From IMG/VR virus record IMGVR_UViG_3300044858_001325, positions 1 to 61,596 of that record: a DNA stretch of 61,596 bases; one strand, given 5' to 3'. This DNA is from a virus. Taxonomy: Duplodnaviria > Caudoviricetes. A model generated the notes under the pieces. It was given only the letters and a program-made list of their open reading frames with translations. It ran no database searches and had not been told where the DNA came from. Below, piece by piece: positions 31,401 to 38,696 of the stretch (the first letter of the stretch is position 1; each line of letters opens with the position of its first letter). The position numbers and the translations under genes are program-made.

Positions 31401-34400
31401 TGCCACGGGCGGCAAGTTTGTGACGCTGGAGAACATCGAGGACGACAGGAAGCTGGTGGAGAAGTACAACCGGCCCAGGACGCCGATGCTCAACACCAAA
31501 CCGATTGCCACCTTCGTGAACCAGCAGTTCAAGAACGGCAAGGAGTTTGTGCAGGATGCCGTGGCCAACCCGCGTGAGGCGATGGTGGGCACGGGTGATG
31601 CCGTGATGGACGGCCTGATCTACCTGCGCAACAAGAACGTCTGGTACGGATCCGGTCTGGAGGCCAGGGACTTTGACCAGTACAACGGCGAGCTGCGCAC
31701 GTCGGAGGGCATTGCCACGGCCTCCGTGGCTTTGGACAACGCCATCCGCAGCGGCAACATCGGCGTCGAGGTGATCTTCCGTGGCGGCATCGAGTATGAC
31801 GCCAAGTCGAACAACTTCGTCGCCGTCAACCGCCGCATGGGCATGAAGGGAGTCTACGAGGCCGAGGGCGAGCTGAAGAAGCAGTTGGGCGACCAACTGG
31901 GCACCGACATCATTCAGGGCTATCTGGAGGCCAAGCGTTCGATCAGCATCATGGACGAGCTGTACGACCGCGAGGCGGCCTTTGAGGCGGCCAAGGACAC
32001 ACTGAAGATGCTGCGCGAGTCTGGGGCGGAACCAGAAGACATTGCCCAGGCCAAGGCTGTTGCAGAGGCTTTGGCCACGGATGTGGACAACATCAAGAAG
32101 GCAGTCTCCTCAGTCAACATGTCCGAGGACGAGATGTACGAGTTTGCCGCTCTGGATCAGAAGCACCCCGAGCTGCGGCAGATCATGGACAACTGGACTG
32201 CCGTGAACCAGAACCTGCTGAAATTCTGGCGTCAGGTGGGCCTGATCTCGCAGGGCCGTTACGAAACGCTGGCGGCAATCAAGGACTATGTGCCGTGGTA
32301 TCGCATCATGGCCGACGAGGAGGACGTGCATTCGCCTCTGCAATCGACCACAAGGGCGCTGACCAACATCGGGCGCGAGAAGCTGTTCAAGCGCGGCAAG
32401 CCTATTGCGGTGGTGGACTTCCGCGCTACCGCTGGCCAGAAGGACTTCAAGATCCAGCCCTCCTCTGTGGTGAAGGTTGAAGTCAACGGCGCGCCGGTTG
32501 CCGACGAGCTGGTGTCAGTGGCGCCGGACGGCCAAGTGCGCCTGGACATGGATCTGGAGGAGAACGATCTGGTGGTCTTCAAGACCAACCGCGAGATCGA
32601 GAACATCATCGACAACATGACGCGCAACGTCATGCGCATGACGATGAATGGCATCCGCCAGTTCGCTGCCAACCGCATCGTGATGGAATACGCCAGCCGC
32701 AATGCCAACGACAAGATCATGACCTTCCCGTCTGTTGACAAGGACAAGGGCAGGTTCAACTGGATCGTCAACGGCAAAAAGGTTGTGGTCGAGATTCAGG
32801 ATCCGCTGGTGGCCTCATCGATCTACGGCATGGAGAACCTGAACCTCCAAATGTGGGCGCCGCTGGCGATGGTGGCCAACCTGACCCGTCGCTCAATCAC
32901 TTTGTCCGGCGTGTTCCAGCTCAAGCAGGTGTTCAAAGACGCCCCGACCGCTGCGCTGGTGACTGGCGTGAAAAACCCGCTGGCCCTGATCGGAGGCGTG
33001 TGGAAGGGCTTCCTGACCAGCCTGACCAACACCGACCCCGCTGTGGACATCCTCAAGGCTGCGGGCATTGGAGGCTTCCACAGCCCCGCCAGAACGCCCG
33101 AGGCGGAGATCAAGCGCCGCCTGGGCATCATGAACCGAAACGTGTTCAGCGCCCTGATCAAAGGGTTGGATCACATCGGCGATGCCTCCGACATGGCGCA
33201 GCGCGTGGCCGTGTACAAGCGCGTGCTGGCCGAGACTGGGGACGAGACTAGGGCCCTGTTTCAAGCCGCCAACGTCATCAACTTCCTGCACCACGGCTCT
33301 GCTGGCTACGCCCAAGCTGCGGTCAAGGTGGTGCCGTTCCTTGGCGCCTACGCCAACGCGATGGACGTGCTGGTGCGGGCCTTGGTGGGCGGCGGCCTCA
33401 AGGGCATGAGCCGCAAGAAGGCGCTGGCCCGGCTGGGCATCACCATGACCATGCTGGTGAGCCTGTCGGTTCTGTACGCCATGCTGGCCGGTGGGGATCC
33501 AGAGTACGACGAGCTGGACGACCAGACCAAGCTGAAGAACATCATCATCCCCGGCACCAAGATCATCCTGCCGATGAACACCAGTGCGGCCTACTTCTTC
33601 AAGGCCCTCCCTGAGCTGATCTACAACGTGGTCACGCGCGAGGGGACGGAGAGCGAGTACGACCGCCGCCGGATCCGCAAGGCGCTGGCAGACGCTGCCC
33701 GCGACATGCTGCTGGGCCCGGAGCCCATCCCTGCGGGCGTCAAGCCGGTGCTGGAGGTTGTCATCAACCACAACTTCTTCACTGGCCGCACGGTCATCCC
33801 GGAGGGCTTGAAGGACGTGCAGGCAGCCGAGCAGTACACGGCCACCACCTCGGAGCTTGGCAAAAAGCTGAGCGCCATGCTGGCCATCCCCGGCACGGAC
33901 GGCAAGCGCGTGCTGAGCCCAATCGAGGCCGATCACATCATCCGTGGCGTGTTTGGCACCGCAGGCGCAATGGGCCAGTGGGTGAGCAACTCCATCGGTG
34001 CAATTGCCGAAACACGGCCAGAGCCGTCAGCCAGGGAGGCCCCGATCACCGGCAGCTTCCTGCGCGAAGACGTGCCGCGAGGCCGCGAGGATCTGTTCTA
34101 CGACTTCAAGGATGCAGTCTTCCAGAAGTACAAGACGTGGCAGAAGATGATTGACCGCGAGGACTTTGACGCGGCAGATGAGTACCTTGCCAAGAACGGC
34201 GATGTGGCTGCCATGTACGAGTACATCAACGAGACTGAGGCGGAGCTGAAGGACATCAACTCTGAGATCCGCAGGCTGGGCGAAACGCGCAGCAAAGATC
34301 AGACGCCGAAGGAGCGCCGCGAGCAGATCGATGAGTTCAAGCGGCTGCGCAACGAGATCCTTGATCCGGTCAAGGAGCTGCGGCGGGAAGTGCTGAAGTA

Positions 34401-34401
34401 A
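22405..34401 (+). CDS. Giant polyvalent (injected) protein: ParB-like, SAP-like, C5-MTase-like, GHKL ATPase, two zincins, ADP-ribosyltransferase, LPD38-like C terminus
   Basis: SGRHR; LSLFD/CPC/ENP; ELLQNAFDA, DNARGM, GGLGLA; HEIAH; YHGT..YFS..EVVAF; HELAH..EFWA. Confidence 0.85.
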   Translation: MRFVPLSEIEAQEQTLQFVPLQAEPPPAAEPVVSPEELAAPPGGVVTPGGAVMVPPRVGRRPPSEGAPAAASRDRSRQRDTTAAPPAPPVAAAAPTGPELRPWEPTLWERFLNLFPGDRAKAANEALARRIAKEKNIPVDEAYRQMKEALGVRGVMGTRPSGQPMFNPEGRAPIKATTEAVPYVVEGILDIPKGMAEAALRAYRAGDIDSTIDTGYVDRTITYLGNDAKDIFIPNLPERMGLRRDDPNYQGFMGLGKSLGYSLTTMVASAITGTGATAATGNPIVGVGAGMATSGTLAYRASKDDFLDRLRTKLNDDSKRVFGRALSAADWNKAKKEFNAAAVEYGAWEAIPEAISNAIFLRAFAAPAKGAPGAKLAGYIQKANSFAAENLTETATGMGQNAAELKAGLTEDEITVADAFKQQFIQTAITMGVMGGGMKGKDLAVKFYNEQVLPKIDPASALAKAIKADIDAVAFSPQAIKQEAAFLARTGAQPRTLAELARQRPVGPVPPGGAPAGGEPPEEPAAPPAAGRRVEPELGEPTAGPEAGGRIEPRVDFEALPPSQGAEPSLTFVPLDESEGRAEPTFAISPEEEALADRILDLESRQFGLFTPDGNPPRAGSPDRKQFDDLQNQIADARAELFSLQTGEPITRLPEIAPPREPRAPGAREVPTIPGMPTGEELAEQPAPVTPVTLAEVAAAPAVTPVTPAQPAVPQGIQPTTAAVAVPEAPTVPPVTKPREFEPAPQNNEAQGMTTVEVPLDQLTLSTDVPQFKIGASAKGVVEPLGGKFERTGVAPIQVWRRLDGSMEVISGRHRFDLAQRSGESTIPAQIHDEAKGFTRDHAAVLDAELNIRDGQGKAKDYVNYFKESGIDRETAESRGLLARATGKRSFTIATQGSDELITAVRADQIGDEAAFYVALNAPNDSRLQAVGINAINDGKSMNTAINMMQAVKALAGEQAMTTDMFGFDDSAIREAEEMAKIAARKQREIQTRLSAISGAAKNPAVAKAEGIDIKDPEAVKRRIDELRQRKVAWDNWSTSPELIAEIRTERGVAPPMLTPVERPAEPLLTAQTPEELRERAEQEAAETRRKTLADQEMERKERADRARDEFVLTGSDRPADEAAARGQEDLFAAPPAAAPAPAPAPAPKAEATDSQDRTIGMTRAQYREDQATRGQSTSAALGVKPAGMTPKTLLDKHGEKNVRLLARLYGVEVKDKNTMAQKLIDLFNGMATMDGYTQPQLESMTLAKLKPLANEIGTSTNGSKAEIIRRLMAFAPNARRQFEDRLQDLKHRAAITNAVRQGKEIADEVLKDYPELVLYARERGSDMYNKAARDMALKMTRDVRGMDMKAEAENLRQSLTGIEDPKERQVTEDVANAIDALHQKMFGEKEAEPTDAPDENDPGFRGASDEEVSDVADAFQGAKQAQDADTITRVFDAPKKADIVRIEEKARIFVKDAGYLTVEQAKQRIEEWKRNAQAQGDTRRNSEKIVLSLFDMTGEWSKPWDEAGYQVFRFDIQEDPEMGDVNKFSAEFFNDLYGAFEGQDIYAILAACPCTDFASSGARHFAAKDADGRTVESVELVRQTLATVEYFKPSVWAIENPVGRIEKLTGLPPWRLSFNPNHFGDPYTKKTLLWGRFNANLPIAPVEPVEGSKMHRMYGGKSQETKNARSVTPEGFAYAFFQANNAVDNPVMALANKYDMMSPEVFREAVAAGMSDKQVADVVDDPYYFGTDYQAADRALLDEVERLGAAPLTEQQIQNEAEFVETVAKDAMERMAGDFMVGDQVRFGNTPGVVIGLEGDYVRFRPDAAKSPKAYQRVLKSNLTFVARPDISGTSAYSKAQDNKFGEEAGQLNADMGNLIQLLGANMYAANLADVSVKELLQNAFDAVKGAVSSKKAQSLYKSGSIEITLNTSDRTISIKDNARGMTPQIVRDAFFTVAGSEKSDLDPSERSGGLGLAKMGFMLGADRLQLDTVRDGVRVTVDTTAKDIANNNFKIVKSPAPKGEHGTTVTVQIPEKYIDPKTGDAKDIWFPWGLDYIDPLNKPLIGPVEVKVKMQSFGDTIEKTLPVGVNFPEDKFQKFKANFEWGSADIYFGVERKLRGSEHRVLSSGVYQFDDRFQIGNEKIPYDIIINVKPNVDARHPDYPFENSRERFKGRLKKDIESMEAYLGQISRGYEAAGLQESFKGIVSMPRVEAGAEIASVTEKLKKTFGTQGAEAPAELKPLPKEVSITPDAVTDAITKKVLLKIEKAVEKEKESTFAGEKAPQSKDFLIDLKQDPSLPIFHNNTNVDYLEIGRKFGEPEKFFAELGTLIVEMKEDLAKSGIYGYEALAPNNLFFGGVSIDKEYGGLHLKVPYKAVFVNPFYDWGARTLFGVRQNLLNTMIHEIAHTGSMDHGVAHNGQMIKVEQYLSDEGLIDYYRDAILDVLRRHESAFTAMREAYGQSTTRNTAKSLEAYQKDAGAASARGGAGGAEYAPTALSERVRQGRGAGVSEAQAAGREGEVGAGAGATGFIEVDGAQRPIANSKGQRIHPTDAGLRNFWRWFGDSQVVDAQGRPLVVYHGTGFTQAGDAIVSFQMSAGLYGAGAYFSGNPERAANYAKAGQGTVYPVYVRLTNPISIDDYIERFEGTTRSDERAWDARQELLNDGVDGVLSEPRGPTRFWEVVAFNENQIKSAIGNLGTFNPDSPSIIQSIEPAAIGAVEPYSDQDVLDSEQLRKERIKEYATLRAQLARVPKEVAAGRAGLEMQETVSRLLDRARNLQFTIKATKPRRDSAEQFLAKALTEYDAGNISADVLEVIQAAYAKTPDLLEGLLLRVRAAPKGGMAAGDFMPWQRIIRLYKGTSGVRNPATIRHELAHTLEQMMTPEQRMALVQAWGKALSRAIKQNPDELHQKYFNAVLDFLDNPTNASYRKAQEALPSYDMYQFINPSEFWAVNAEKLMAAQLGGAWDKFKRAVRRMWEGVKSVLGFDNRSEIHRVFGQVMGGSRERLGEDMLVDMVSATGGKFVTLENIEDDRKLVEKYNRPRTPMLNTKPIATFVNQQFKNGKEFVQDAVANPREAMVGTGDAVMDGLIYLRNKNVWYGSGLEARDFDQYNGELRTSEGIATASVALDNAIRSGNIGVEVIFRGGIEYDAKSNNFVAVNRRMGMKGVYEAEGELKKQLGDQLGTDIIQGYLEAKRSISIMDELYDREAAFEAAKDTLKMLRESGAEPEDIAQAKAVAEALATDVDNIKKAVSSVNMSEDEMYEFAALDQKHPELRQIMDNWTAVNQNLLKFWRQVGLISQGRYETLAAIKDYVPWYRIMADEEDVHSPLQSTTRALTNIGREKLFKRGKPIAVVDFRATAGQKDFKIQPSSVVKVEVNGAPVADELVSVAPDGQVRLDMDLEENDLVVFKTNREIENIIDNMTRNVMRMTMNGIRQFAANRIVMEYASRNANDKIMTFPSVDKDKGRFNWIVNGKKVVVEIQDPLVASSIYGMENLNLQMWAPLAMVANLTRRSITLSGVFQLKQVFKDAPTAALVTGVKNPLALIGGVWKGFLTSLTNTDPAVDILKAAGIGGFHSPARTPEAEIKRRLGIMNRNVFSALIKGLDHIGDASDMAQRVAVYKRVLAETGDETRALFQAANVINFLHHGSAGYAQAAVKVVPFLGAYANAMDVLVRALVGGGLKGMSRKKALARLGITMTMLVSLSVLYAMLAGGDPEYDELDDQTKLKNIIIPGTKIILPMNTSAAYFFKALPELIYNVVTREGTESEYDRRRIRKALADAARDMLLGPEPIPAGVKPVLEVVINHNFFTGRTVIPEGLKDVQAAEQYTATTSELGKKLSAMLAIPGTDGKRVLSPIEADHIIRGVFGTAGAMGQWVSNSIGAIAETRPEPSAREAPITGSFLREDVPRGREDLFYDFKDAVFQKYKTWQKMIDREDFDAADEYLAKNGDVAAMYEYINETEAELKDINSEIRRLGETRSKDQTPKERREQIDEFKRLRNEILDPVKELRREVLK

Positions 34402-34429
34402 AAGGGCGGGGGCGCGAAGCCCCCGCAAA
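34400..34429. terminator. Intrinsic terminator between convergent genes
   Basis: GCGGGGGC-gcgaa-GCCCCCGC hairpin; short T-run on the minus strand. Confidence 0.65.
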
Positions 34430-34456
34430 GATGGCAACTGCTGTGAAGCAGCGGCC

Positions 34457-34813
34457 TCAGTTTATGGGCAGGATCAGGATGGTGCAATGACCGCCCGGCT
34501 CAACCTTTTGCCGGATCACATGCAGCTCATCGATCTGGCTGTCTGATTCGTAGCAGCCAGCGTGCTCGCAGGCGTCCAGCAGCGCCTTCAGAATGTTGTC
34601 CACGTCCCTTGCCCTCCGGTCTGGGGGGAACAGGGCTATGTGGACGGCCAGACGCCCCTCTAGGCCAATGATGCCCTGCTGGGCACATTCCTCTGCCACC
34701 GCCTCCCGAAAGACCCTACCGGCCTTGCTGATGAAGCGCGTGTTGCCCCGCGCCAGCCAGTATTTGTTGACGCTTGGAGGCCAGGGCAGGAGGAGCTGGA
34801 TGGGGTTTTGCAT
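34457..34813 (-). CDS. rusA: RusA-family Holliday junction resolvase
   Basis: LPWPPSVNKYW, RDVDNILKALLD, DSQI. Confidence 0.9.
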   Translation of the reverse strand: MQNPIQLLLPWPPSVNKYWLARGNTRFISKAGRVFREAVAEECAQQGIIGLEGRLAVHIALFPPDRRARDVDNILKALLDACEHAGCYESDSQIDELHVIRQKVEPGGHCTILILPIN

Positions 34814-34874
34814 GGGGATAAGGGTAACAGTGTTACCCAGAATATAGCAGATGAATTGATATGGGTACAACCTG

Positions 34875-34903
34875 TTGACATCGCACATGAATTGCCGCAC
34901 AAT
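34875..34903 (+). promoter_or_regulatory. Sigma70-like promoter
   Basis: TTGACA-17-CACAAT. Confidence 0.65.
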
Positions 34904-34938
34904 GAATTCATGTTTAACCACCTGAAGGAGTGAAAGCG

Positions 34939-35064
34939 ATGCAAAGTCAATGGGAGCGTCAGATGGCCCGAGAGCGGGCCCGTAACATCGTACTGGGGAT
35001 AGCGGGAACCATCACATGGTTTCTGTCGGTTGCCTCCCTGGTCAAGTACCTGTGGGGGCTGTGA
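34939..35064 (+). CDS. 41-aa membrane peptide, absent from the ORF track
   Basis: AAGGAG RBS; MQSQWERQ...IVLGIAGTITWFLSVASLVKYLWGL. Confidence 0.6.
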   Translation: MQSQWERQMARERARNIVLGIAGTITWFLSVASLVKYLWGL

Positions 35065-35066
35065 TG

Positions 35067-35095
35067 TTGACATTCCAAAATGTTTCGCCCATACT
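35067..35095 (+). promoter_or_regulatory. Sigma70-like promoter of the HNH gene
   Basis: TTGACA-17-CATACT. Confidence 0.6.
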
Positions 35096-35115
35096 GAAGC
35101 CTTTTGGAGGTTGAC

Positions 35116-35592
35116 ATGGGAAAGCCGAAGGATGCAGCACTGAGCCAGTGTGCGCTGAATGAGATGTTCGAGTACCGGGATGGCGTTCTGTATTGGAAGC
35201 CAAAGCCAGCAGGAACAGTTGATGGCAATGGATACATGCAGACCGGGATCAAGGGCAAGTATTTCAAAAATCATCGCATCATTTTTTTGATGCACCACGG
35301 CTACCTGCCAGACCTGATAGACCACATAGATGGGAACAAAAGAAACAACAGAATCGAGAACCTGAGAGAGGCAAGCAACAGCCAGAACAACTACAACAAG
35401 CGATTGCAAAAGAACAATCGCTCTGGAGTTAAGGGGGTTCACTGGGTTGAGAGATTCAAGAAGTGGAGAGTCAGGATTGGAGTTGATGGCAAAGATTTGC
35501 ATGTTGGGTATTTTGAAAAGTACGAAGACGCAGTATTTGCCGCCACCAAAGCGAGGATGGACAACCACAGACTTTTTGCTAGGAGCAAGTGA
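35116..35592 (+). CDS. HNH homing endonuclease with AP2-like C terminus
   Basis: HRII, IDHIDGNKRNNRIENL, SGVKGV..W; lower GC than its flanks. Confidence 0.9.
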   Translation: MGKPKDAALSQCALNEMFEYRDGVLYWKPKPAGTVDGNGYMQTGIKGKYFKNHRIIFLMHHGYLPDLIDHIDGNKRNNRIENLREASNSQNNYNKRLQKNNRSGVKGVHWVERFKKWRVRIGVDGKDLHVGYFEKYEDAVFAATKARMDNHRLFARSK

Positions 35593-36485
35593 TGAAGTTG
35601 ACAAACAAATTTAATTTACCGCAGACCTTTGTGAATGTTCTGCATCGTCCAACCTACAGCAAGGGCCGGGCGAACCTGTCGGTCACCCAGTTGATCAACA
35701 GCCCAAAGATCGTGGCCCTGACCCAGAAGTTCCAAGACGAGCTGGAGGAGGACGTGGCCGACATGGTGTGGTCACTGTTTGGATCCGCCGTCCACAATGT
35801 TCTGGAGCACGGCAAGGACAAGAACCACGTCATCGAGGAGCGCATCCATGCCGAGCTGGATGGCTGGCGCGTCAGCGGCGCCGTCGATCTCCAGATCATC
35901 AACGAGGATGGCTCGATCAGCATCCGCGACTACAAGACCACCAGCGCCTGGGCGGTCATGAACGACAAGATTGACTGGGAGTACCAGCTCAACATCTACG
36001 CTTGGCTGGTCGAGTCGCAAAAGCAGCGGCCCATCAAGGATCTTGGCATCGTGGCCATCATCCGCGACTGGAGCCGCCGTGACGCTGGCACCCGTGAGGG
36101 ATACCCAGAGGCGCCGATCAAAGAGCTGCCGATCAAATTGTGGCCAATGGAGCAGCGGGAGGAGTTTGTGCTCAGCCGTATCGCTCAGCATTCGGCCTGC
36201 GAGTTTGCGATGGAGGCCGACGAGCCGCTGCCCAAATGCACACCGGAGGAGATGTGGGAGAAGCCCACCATCTACGCCGTGCGCAAGAAGGGCAACGTGC
36301 GAGCCAAGTCGCTTCACGAATCCGAGGCAGAAGCCAACGCAGCCGCTGAGAAGTTGGGCAAGGACTACGAGGTAGAAGTCCGGCCCGGTGAACGCACGCG
36401 CTGCGCGAACTTTTGTCCGGTGAACGCCTACTGTCAGCAGTGGCGGGATTACCAAGATGGATGGATTGAAACAACCAAGGAGTGA
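35592..36485 (+). CDS. PD-(D/E)XK exonuclease (RecB/Cas4-like)
   Basis: GSAVH, E, GAVD, DYKT, QLNIY and C-terminal Cys cluster. Confidence 0.85.
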   Translation: MKLTNKFNLPQTFVNVLHRPTYSKGRANLSVTQLINSPKIVALTQKFQDELEEDVADMVWSLFGSAVHNVLEHGKDKNHVIEERIHAELDGWRVSGAVDLQIINEDGSISIRDYKTTSAWAVMNDKIDWEYQLNIYAWLVESQKQRPIKDLGIVAIIRDWSRRDAGTREGYPEAPIKELPIKLWPMEQREEFVLSRIAQHSACEFAMEADEPLPKCTPEEMWEKPTIYAVRKKGNVRAKSLHESEAEANAAAEKLGKDYEVEVRPGERTRCANFCPVNAYCQQWRDYQDGWIETTKE

Positions 36486-36487
36486 GC

Positions 36488-36865
36488 ATGTCTGCAAATG
36501 AGCAACAAGTCGGTGGCGAACACTACCGCCACAAGAGCATCCAGCCGTGGGACTACATCGCGGCCAACGGCCTCGGGTTTTTCGAGGGCAACATCGTGCG
36601 CTACGTCAGCCGCTGGAAGGAAAAGGGTGGCGTGCGCGATCTGGAAAAGGCCCGGCACTACATCGACAAGCTGATCGAGTTGTCGAGTGACGCGCTGCAA
36701 AGCAACACCATCACCGTCGCCGCCATTGACGATGCGTTTGAGAAGAAGGGCAACGGCATCGTGGTGCTGAAGAAGGTCAAGCGTGGCCGCAAGCCCAAGG
36801 CTCAGTATGGCCTGAAGGCCGATGGCACCCCGTACTTGCGCCGCCCCCGCAATTGGAAGGAGTAA
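36488..36865 (+). CDS. DUF3310 (T7 gp1.7/SaV-like) protein
   Basis: GGEHY..IQPWD..GNIVRYVSR..KGG..DLEKARHY. Confidence 0.85.
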   Translation: MSANEQQVGGEHYRHKSIQPWDYIAANGLGFFEGNIVRYVSRWKEKGGVRDLEKARHYIDKLIELSSDALQSNTITVAAIDDAFEKKGNGIVVLKKVKRGRKPKAQYGLKADGTPYLRRPRNWKE

Positions 36866-36867
36866 TC

Positions 36868-38454
36868 ATGGAGATCGCTGTAAAAGCCGAGGGCAACCTC
36901 GATGACGCAAGCTACTCAAGCTACATCCAGCGCATGAGCGCGCGGGTGTACAAGATCATTGAGAGTGGCCAGCCCCTTTTCAAGACCAGCGCCCAAGATC
37001 TATTCACGGTCTATCTCGACGCGCTACCCCAAGAGGATCGGCAGTATCACAACTGCTCATGCTGCCGCCACTTCATCAATCGCTTTGGCGGTCTGGTGAC
37101 GATCAGCGACGATGGCATCACCTCCTCTGTCATGTGGGAAGCGGAAGAAGCGCCTGCCTACTACCGCTCTGTGGTGACGGCTCTGCGCAACAAGGTCGCC
37201 CGAGCTGGCGTGGTTAGCCCGTTCCTGTCTGCCGATGAGGAGTGGGGTGACTTTCAGACTGGCCAGTGGACGCACTTCGCTGTGCGTCAGCCGCGCTCGG
37301 CCCGATTCTTCAGCGGACTGCTTACGCCCGGCCAAAAGATGGCCGAGAAGCGCGAGGACTTCAAGAACGTCAGTCGCGCCCTGTCTGAGTTCACCAAGCC
37401 GATGGTGGCCCAGGCTCTGAAGCTGTGCGACACCGACTCCTTGTACCGCAGCGAGAAGGTGCTTGGCAACGCCCGGTGGCTGCACGACTTGCAGGAGAAG
37501 ATGGAGAAGGTGGCCGTGCCGCGCAACTACCTGTGGAAGGCCGTGGCCCTGGCGCCCGCTGGGTTCTGCCATGTGCGCAGCTCCATGATCGGCACGCTGT
37601 TGGAGGACATTGCCGCTGGCATGGACTACAACACCGTGGCTCGCCGCTTCAAGGAGAAGATGCACCCCCTGCAATACCAGCGCCCCCAGGCTGCACCGGC
37701 TGCCGGGAGCATCAAGCGTGCGGAGGAGATTGTCGAGAAGCTGGGCATCGCCCCTTCGCTGGAGCGCCGCTTCGCCACGCTGGCCGATGTGCAGCAGTGG
37801 CTTTGGGTGCCCAGCGCCGAGGAGATTGCCAAGCCCAATGGCGTGTTTGGACACCTCAAGGCCAAGAACAGTCAAGATGTGGCCGACATGAAGGTGCCGC
37901 CCGTGGTCATGACTTGGGAAAAATTCCAGCGTGTCGTGCTGCTGGGCGCCGACAGCATCCAGTTCTACGTCCGCCCTGGCCGTGGCCCGTTCACCGCGAT
38001 GGTGACGGCTGTGCATCCAGATGCGCCGCCCATTCTGTTGTGGGATCACGAGGAGCATCGCAACCCTGTGTCCTCCTATGTGTGGCACTCTGGGTCGCCG
38101 TGCGAACAGTGGGGCTTGAGTGCTGGCTGGGTGGACGTAACAGGTGTTACCTACCGTCCGCACATGTGGTCTGGTGAGTACCCCAACCAGACGACCGGCG
38201 TGATCTTCCTGCTCAAGGGTGCAACCGAGTCCCGAAACGGCGGCTTGGCTCTGTTCCCCGAGATCTTGAAGGGTGAGTTGCGCGAGGTACGCTCTGTCAT
38301 CGAGGCCCACTCCCGCAGCGCGGAGCTGGCCGACATGCGCCAAGGCAATGCCAACGGTATTGGCTTTGACAAGGGCAAGGCTGGGTTTGAGTACCTGTTT
38401 CGCGTGACGAGCAAGGGCCAGACCGTGGACTACAAACTAGACCGTTGGGACTGA
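36868..38454 (+). CDS. Large hypothetical protein with HNCSCCRHF motif
   Basis: AAGGAG RBS; 528 aa with typical codon usage. Confidence 0.75.
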   Translation: MEIAVKAEGNLDDASYSSYIQRMSARVYKIIESGQPLFKTSAQDLFTVYLDALPQEDRQYHNCSCCRHFINRFGGLVTISDDGITSSVMWEAEEAPAYYRSVVTALRNKVARAGVVSPFLSADEEWGDFQTGQWTHFAVRQPRSARFFSGLLTPGQKMAEKREDFKNVSRALSEFTKPMVAQALKLCDTDSLYRSEKVLGNARWLHDLQEKMEKVAVPRNYLWKAVALAPAGFCHVRSSMIGTLLEDIAAGMDYNTVARRFKEKMHPLQYQRPQAAPAAGSIKRAEEIVEKLGIAPSLERRFATLADVQQWLWVPSAEEIAKPNGVFGHLKAKNSQDVADMKVPPVVMTWEKFQRVVLLGADSIQFYVRPGRGPFTAMVTAVHPDAPPILLWDHEEHRNPVSSYVWHSGSPCEQWGLSAGWVDVTGVTYRPHMWSGEYPNQTTGVIFLLKGATESRNGGLALFPEILKGELREVRSVIEAHSRSAELADMRQGNANGIGFDKGKAGFEYLFRVTSKGQTVDYKLDRWD

Positions 38455-38456
38455 TC

Positions 38457-38696
38457 ATGGAAGCCACTATCTCATTCACACCGATGCCCATCTCGGACAT
38501 CAAGTTCCAGCACGGCGAGGACTTTCTGGTCTACGCCCCGCTGGATGACATCACCGGCTTGGAGCTGGCCAACATGATGCACCTGTTCACGATTGCAACA
38601 TTGCAGTCCAGCAACAACGGGTGGTATCTATATGACTACCCCGAATTTATCGAGCGCAAACGACTCATGCGCCATTTCAAAAAGGAACCAAAATGA
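38457..38696 (+). CDS. Hypothetical protein
   Basis: Fills the gap; ATGA overlap downstream. Confidence 0.6.
   Translation: MEATISFTPMPISDIKFQHGEDFLVYAPLDDITGLELANMMHLFTIATLQSSNNGWYLYDYPEFIERKRLMRHFKKEPK

Noticed and set aside
26479-33936. Long minus-strand ORFs (524, 447, 672 and 347 aa) opposite the polyvalent gene
   Set aside because: Shadow frames caused by GC3-biased codons on the + strand; no RBS, motifs or operon context.
35592-36485. Cas4 as part of a CRISPR system
   Set aside because: No array or other cas genes; the ERF/SSB context indicates a recombination exonuclease.
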